Below, piece by piece: positions 59,826 through 64,000 of a stretch of DNA of 64,000 nucleotides. Positions within the stretch are counted from its first letter, which is position 1. Each line of letters starts with the position of its first letter. The DNA comes from an uncultured Gammaproteobacteria bacterium (GTDB taxonomy: Bacteria > Patescibacteriota > Patescibacteriia > 2-12-FULL-57-11). The stretch spans positions 79,272 to 143,271 of the forward strand of contig CAZYLV010000002.1 of the NCBI GenBank assembly GCA_964648865.1. Direction: 5' to 3'. The notes beneath the pieces were generated by a model. That model saw only the letters and a program-made list of their open reading frames with translations, was not told the DNA's origin and did no database searches. A program made the translations under genes and the position numbers.

Positions 59826-59900
59826 GGCCCCATCGTCTATCGGCTAGGACAGTTGGTTCTCATCCAACAAAGAGGGGTTCGATTCCCCTTGGGGCTACCA
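59826..59900 (+). tRNA. tRNA-Glu (CTC), CCA encoded
   Basis: GGCCCCA/TGGGGCT acceptor stem, anticodon arm GTTGG-TTCTCAT-CCAAC, GGTTCGATTCC, ACCA end. Confidence 0.93.
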
Positions 59901-59960
59901 AAGACGCGTCTCGTGGAAGCGAGGCGCGTTTTTGCGTCCTGTGCTAGAATATCCCCGTTT

Positions 59961-60482
59961 ATGCTCTCGATCGCGGTCCTGCTGCTCGGCGCGCTGCTCG
60001 TCATCGCCACCTGGCATCTCGGGACGCATCTCATCTCCATCCTCGGCGGCGCGCCGTACGTGCCGTCGTCCGACGAGCGCATCCGGATGATGCTGCGCAT
60101 GGCGCGCATCCAGCCGGGGGAGCGCGTCGTCGACTTGGGCTCCGGCGACGGGCGCCTGGTGATTTCCGCGGCCGCGCTCGGGGCGCGGGCCATCGGTTAC
60201 GAGATCAACCCCTTCCTGACGCTGCGGGCCCGCGTCCTGGCCTGGCGTGCCGGATTGGGACACCGCGTCGACTTCCGGAACAGCACCTTCCTCAAGGCCG
60301 ATCTGGGGGAGTACGACGTCGTCTTCTGTTATCTGCTTCCGTCGTTGATGGCCAAGGTGCAGGAAAAGGCCGAGCGGGAGCTCCGTCCCGGGTCGCGCAT
60401 CGTGGTCAACGCCTTCCCGCTCCCGGCGTGGAAGCCCATGGCGCAGCGCGACCATGTCTACGTCTATGAGAAACGTTCCTGA
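59961..60482 (+). CDS. class I SAM-dependent methyltransferase with N-terminal TM helix
   Basis: GAPYVPS, VDLGSGDGRLV, GYEINP, YL.P..M, EL.PGSRIV. Confidence 0.88.
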   Translation: MLSIAVLLLGALLVIATWHLGTHLISILGGAPYVPSSDERIRMMLRMARIQPGERVVDLGSGDGRLVISAAALGARAIGYEINPFLTLRARVLAWRAGLGHRVDFRNSTFLKADLGEYDVVFCYLLPSLMAKVQEKAERELRPGSRIVVNAFPLPAWKPMAQRDHVYVYEKRS

Positions 60483-60483
60483 T

Positions 60484-62400
60484 ATGGATGGGAAGCCCTG
60501 GTACCGCAAGAAACGGATCTGGATCGGCGCCGCGCTCGTCGCCCTGGCGGCCGTCATCGCCTATGCCGCGTACCAAGGCAGCCGGCCCTCGCCCGAGATG
60601 CGCGAGACCGTGGCCGTGCGTCGCGGCATGCTGGAGCGCACCGTCGAGGCCACCGGCGCCGTCAAAGCCGCGTCCGAGTTCGCGCTCGACTTCGACACCG
60701 CCGGTCGCGTCAAGGACGTCTTCGTGGAGGTCGGTGAGGAAGTGAAGGCCGGTCAGGTGCTGGCCGAGCTCGACGCCTCGGAGATCGACCTGGAGGTGCG
60801 CCGCGCCCGCGCCGTATTGGCCGTGGCCGTCGCCAACCTCAACCAGAAGCTCGCCGGTGAGGCGCCCGAGGCCATCCGTGCCAGCGAGGCGGACGTGGCC
60901 AAGGCCGCCGCGTCGCTCACCGAAGCGCAGACGACGCTGGCCAACCTGCGGCGGACCACGGCGCTCGACGTCCGCGACGCCGAGCTGGACGTCGCCGCCG
61001 CCGAGATCGCGCTCACCCAGGCGCAGCGCGACCAGCAGGACAGCGCCGCGCTCGACGCCGAGACCCTCATCAAGAAATACGACACGGCCCGCGCCGACCT
61101 GCTCAAGGCCGTGGTGACCTTCTCGACCGCGCTCAACGACATGGACGTCATCCTCGGCGTGGACAGCACCACGGCCAACGACGCCTTCGAGAGCATCCTG
61201 GGCGCGCAGCGTCCGCCGACGGTGGAGGCGGCCAAGAACGCCTACCTCGCCGCCAAGGCGCGCAAGGCCGAGGCCGACGCCGCGGTGCTGGCGCTGAGCG
61301 TCGGCTCTTCCGCATCGGCCGTGGACGCGGCCTTCGCGCCCGCGCTCGCCGCCAGCGAGGCCTTCACCGACGCCTTGGCCAAGACGCGTGAGGTGCTCGA
61401 CGCCACGGCGCCGAGCAGCCAGTTCACGCTGACCGAGCTCAACACCAAGAAGACGACCATCAGCACGGACCGCACCGGCGTGGCCACGGACTACGGCACC
61501 ATGCTCGGCGACCGCAACGGCATCGCCACCACCAGGATCGAGAACGCCAACGGCGCGCACGACGACGCCGAGGCCGTGGAGGACGCGCGCATCGCCCTCG
61601 ACCAGGCCAGGCACGCGCTGGAGGCCGCACGGCTCGACGCGGAGACCACGGTCGCCGCGCAGGAGGCCGCCGTGGCCGTGGCCGTGGCCGGCCGCGACGG
61701 CGTCCAGGCCACGCTCGACCTCAAGAAGGCCGCGCTGCGCGCCTCGGACCGCGGCCCGCTCGATGCCGCCGTGGAGGAGGCACGCGCCGCCGTCGCCATC
61801 GCCGAGGAGGGCCTGCGCAAGGCGCGCATCGTGGCGCCGGCCGACGGCATCATCACCGACGTGGCCGTGAGCCCCGGCGAGGACGCCACGCCGCGCGTGG
61901 CCACCTCGGGAGCCATCCAGTCGACGTCGGCCGTGACCATGCTCGGCACGTTCGCCGAGATCGAGGCCGACGTCTCGGAGAACGACATCACCCAGGTCAG
62001 CGTCGGGCTCGACGTGACGCTCACCTTGGACGCCTTCGGGAACGACCGCGTCTTCCGCGGGCGCGTCATCGCCGTCAACCCGGCGGAGACGCTCATCCAG
62101 GACGTCGTCTACTACAAGGTGCGCATCGCCATCCTCGACGACGGTCCGGACATCCGCCCGGGCATGACCGCCAACATCACCCTCACCGGGACCCGCAAGG
62201 ACGGCGTGCTGATCGTCCCGTTCCGCGCCGCCCGCGAGGTGGACGGCACGCGCGTGGTGCGCGTGGAGAAGGCCGACGGGAGCATCGAGGACCGCACGGT
62301 CACGCTGGGGCTCCGCGGCGACGGCGGCCTGGTGGAGATCGTCGACGGGCTGGCGGAAGGGGAGACGGTCATCGTCAGCATCCGTCCCGCAAGCCCATGA
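60484..62400 (+). CDS. periplasmic adaptor (MacA/HlyD-like membrane fusion protein) with long coiled coil
   Basis: TM anchor, G.VKDVFVEVGEEVKAGQVLAELD, IVAPADGII, RPGMTAN, GL.EGETV. Confidence 0.88.
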   Translation: MDGKPWYRKKRIWIGAALVALAAVIAYAAYQGSRPSPEMRETVAVRRGMLERTVEATGAVKAASEFALDFDTAGRVKDVFVEVGEEVKAGQVLAELDASEIDLEVRRARAVLAVAVANLNQKLAGEAPEAIRASEADVAKAAASLTEAQTTLANLRRTTALDVRDAELDVAAAEIALTQAQRDQQDSAALDAETLIKKYDTARADLLKAVVTFSTALNDMDVILGVDSTTANDAFESILGAQRPPTVEAAKNAYLAAKARKAEADAAVLALSVGSSASAVDAAFAPALAASEAFTDALAKTREVLDATAPSSQFTLTELNTKKTTISTDRTGVATDYGTMLGDRNGIATTRIENANGAHDDAEAVEDARIALDQARHALEAARLDAETTVAAQEAAVAVAVAGRDGVQATLDLKKAALRASDRGPLDAAVEEARAAVAIAEEGLRKARIVAPADGIITDVAVSPGEDATPRVATSGAIQSTSAVTMLGTFAEIEADVSENDITQVSVGLDVTLTLDAFGNDRVFRGRVIAVNPAETLIQDVVYYKVRIAILDDGPDIRPGMTANITLTGTRKDGVLIVPFRAAREVDGTRVVRVEKADGSIEDRTVTLGLRGDGGLVEIVDGLAEGETVIVSIRPASP

Positions 62401-63125
62401 CGCCGCTCCTCGAGATCGTCGACCTCAAGAAGGACTACCTCTCCGGCGAGCAGGTGACACCGGTGCTGAAGGGCGTGAGCGTCTCCGTCAACCCGGGCGA
62501 GTTCGTGGCCATCATGGGGCCGTCCGGGTCCGGGAAGTCGACGCTCATGCACATCCTGGGTTTCCTGGACACGCTGACCTCCGGCACCTACCGCTTCCAA
62601 GGCAAGGACGTCAGTCGGCTTTCGGACGTCGAGTTGGCGGACATGCGCCGCAGCCAGGTGGGCTTCGTCTTCCAGGCGTTCTTCCTCTTGCCCAAGATGA
62701 CGGTGCTCGAGAACGTCATGTTGCCGTTGGCCTATGGCGACCTGAGCCCGGCGAAACGGCTGGTGCGGGCGCGCGAGGCCGTGCATGACGTCGGTCTCGG
62801 CCACCGCATGGAGTATCCGGCCGTGAAACTTTCCGGCGGCGAGAAGCAGCGCACGGCCATCGCCCGGGCGCTGGTCAACGATCCGCAGGTGCTGTTCGCG
62901 GACGAACCCACCGGCAACCTGGACTCCAAGTCCGGCGCGCAGGTGATGGTGCTGCTCGATGAGCTGCACCAGAAGGGACGCACCATCATCGTCGTGACGC
63001 ACGAGACCGCGACCGCCGAGCATGCCCAGCGCATCCTGCGCATCCGCGACGGCCTCATCGTCAGCGACGAGACGGTCGCGCACCGCCGCAACGCCTCCAC
63101 CGACAACGGCGACCTGGGCAAGTAG
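62397..63125 (+). CDS. ABC transporter ATP-binding protein (MacB/LolD-type)
   Basis: GPSGSGKST, LSGGEKQR, ADEPTGNLD, VTH. Confidence 0.95.
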   Translation: MTPLLEIVDLKKDYLSGEQVTPVLKGVSVSVNPGEFVAIMGPSGSGKSTLMHILGFLDTLTSGTYRFQGKDVSRLSDVELADMRRSQVGFVFQAFFLLPKMTVLENVMLPLAYGDLSPAKRLVRAREAVHDVGLGHRMEYPAVKLSGGEKQRTAIARALVNDPQVLFADEPTGNLDSKSGAQVMVLLDELHQKGRTIIVVTHETATAEHAQRILRIRDGLIVSDETVAHRRNASTDNGDLGK

Positions 63126-63127
63126 GT

Positions 63128-64000
63128 ATGCGCATCCGCGACGTGCTGCAGACCGCCTGCCGCGGCCTCACGCAGAACCTGTTCCGCTCGTTCCTGGCCA
63201 CGCTCGGCATCGTCATCGGTGTCGGCTCCGTCATCGTCATGCTCTCGCTCGGCAAGGGCGCGGAGGGGCTGATCCTGGGGCAGGTCTCGAGCTTCGGTCC
63301 GGACACCGTCTTCATCCAGCCCGGCGGCGGGGAAGCGGGCCCGCCGCGCTTCGGGGCCCTGACCACCATCAAGTACCGCGATTGGCAGCAGCTGCGCCGC
63401 AGCACGGACGTGCTCTCGGCCATGGCGCCGGTGCAGCTCCTGGAGGCCCGGGCCACCGCCGGCAGCGAGAAGAAGACGGTCAACCTCAACGGCACCGCGC
63501 CCGGAATCGCCGCGGTCAACAACCTGCGCATGGCCGCGGGCGGTTTCTTCACGGACGACGACCTGTCCTCGGCCCGCAGCGTGGCCGTCATCGGTTCCCA
63601 GATCGCCGCGGACCTCTTTCCTGGGCAGGACCCGCTCGGCCAGACGGTGCGGCTCAATCGCAAGCCCTTCGAGGTCATCGGCGTGGTGGAGCCTCAGGGC
63701 ACCCAGTTCTTCCAGAACCTCGACGAACGCATCTACGTGCCCATCACGGCCATGCGCAAGGAGCTCGCGTCGCCCGACTACGTCAACTTCATCACCGGCG
63801 TGGCGGCGGTGCCGCTGGAGACCGCGCAGGAGGAGCTGCAGCGGGTGATGCGCGAGCTGCACGGCATCGACAACCCCACGGACGATCCCGACAAGGACGA
63901 TTTCCGCGTCGGCAGCTCCGTGGAAGCCGCGGCCGTCTTCGGCAGCATCTCCACCGTGCTGACGCTCTTCCTTACGGCCATCGCCAGCATCTCGCTGGTC
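63128..64000 (+). CDS. MacB-like ABC transporter permease (runs off window)
   Basis: Translated by eye: MRIRDVLQTACRGLTQNLFRSFLATLGIVIGVGSVIVMLSLGKG...GGFF..DD...AIASISL. Confidence 0.88.
   Translation, partial: MRIRDVLQTACRGLTQNLFRSFLATLGIVIGVGSVIVMLSLGKGAEGLILGQVSSFGPDTVFIQPGGGEAGPPRFGALTTIKYRDWQQLRRSTDVLSAMAPVQLLEARATAGSEKKTVNLNGTAPGIAAVNNLRMAAGGFFTDDDLSSARSVAVIGSQIAADLFPGQDPLGQTVRLNRKPFEVIGVVEPQGTQFFQNLDERIYVPITAMRKELASPDYVNFITGVAAVPLETAQEELQRVMRELHGIDNPTDDPDKDDFRVGSSVEAAAVFGSISTVLTLFLTAIASISLV

Noticed and set aside
56132-59900. tRNA-Glu-anchored genomic island holding the kinases
   Set aside because: Kinases lie 5' of the tRNA; no integrase and no duplicated tRNA end seen

Overview
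A 64-kb, very GC-rich bacterial chromosome segment in the standard genetic code (TGA acts as stop). Gene content and style suggest a Patescibacteria/CPR genome, possibly Ca. Uhrbacteria-like. This is an inference from the LxGAGC lipobox, PEGA protein beside murA, S8 protease with FG-GAP repeats, orphan receiver domain, and mostly SD-less or leaderless core genes. The left half (~0.1-30 kb) is a cell-surface glycan locus: neuA, a NeuB-SAF-cupin fusion with oxidoreductase, phosphatase and kinase, UDP-sugar enzymes, GT2/GT4/GT-C-like transferases and rmlBCDA. The right half carries murA; a class II ribonucleotide reductase (NrdR and DnaA boxes upstream) followed by a putative B12 capture/adenosylation module; split Trx/VKOR; a Fur-family operon encoding a CooC-like ATPase and a CysK-rhodanese fusion; tRNA-Pro, uppS, rarA, ftsI-like PBP, murF, two Hanks-type Ser/Thr kinases, tRNA-Glu and a MacAB-like exporter. 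Most notable: (1) eight interspersed accessory genes (NUDIX x2, HAD x2, repeat protein, NlpC/P60, kinases x2) carry strong Shine-Dalgarno sites and usually their own promoter and terminator, unlike core genes, and two share a 51-bp promoter/RBS repeat; (2) the autoregulated Fur-CooC-CysK/rhodanese operon; (3) the NrdJ-CobO-DUF4430-DUF6580 module; (4) GTAG REP palindromes, one inserted in-frame in a glycosyltransferase. No CRISPR, integrase or transposase was seen. Family assignments come from motif recognition by eye; no database search was run.
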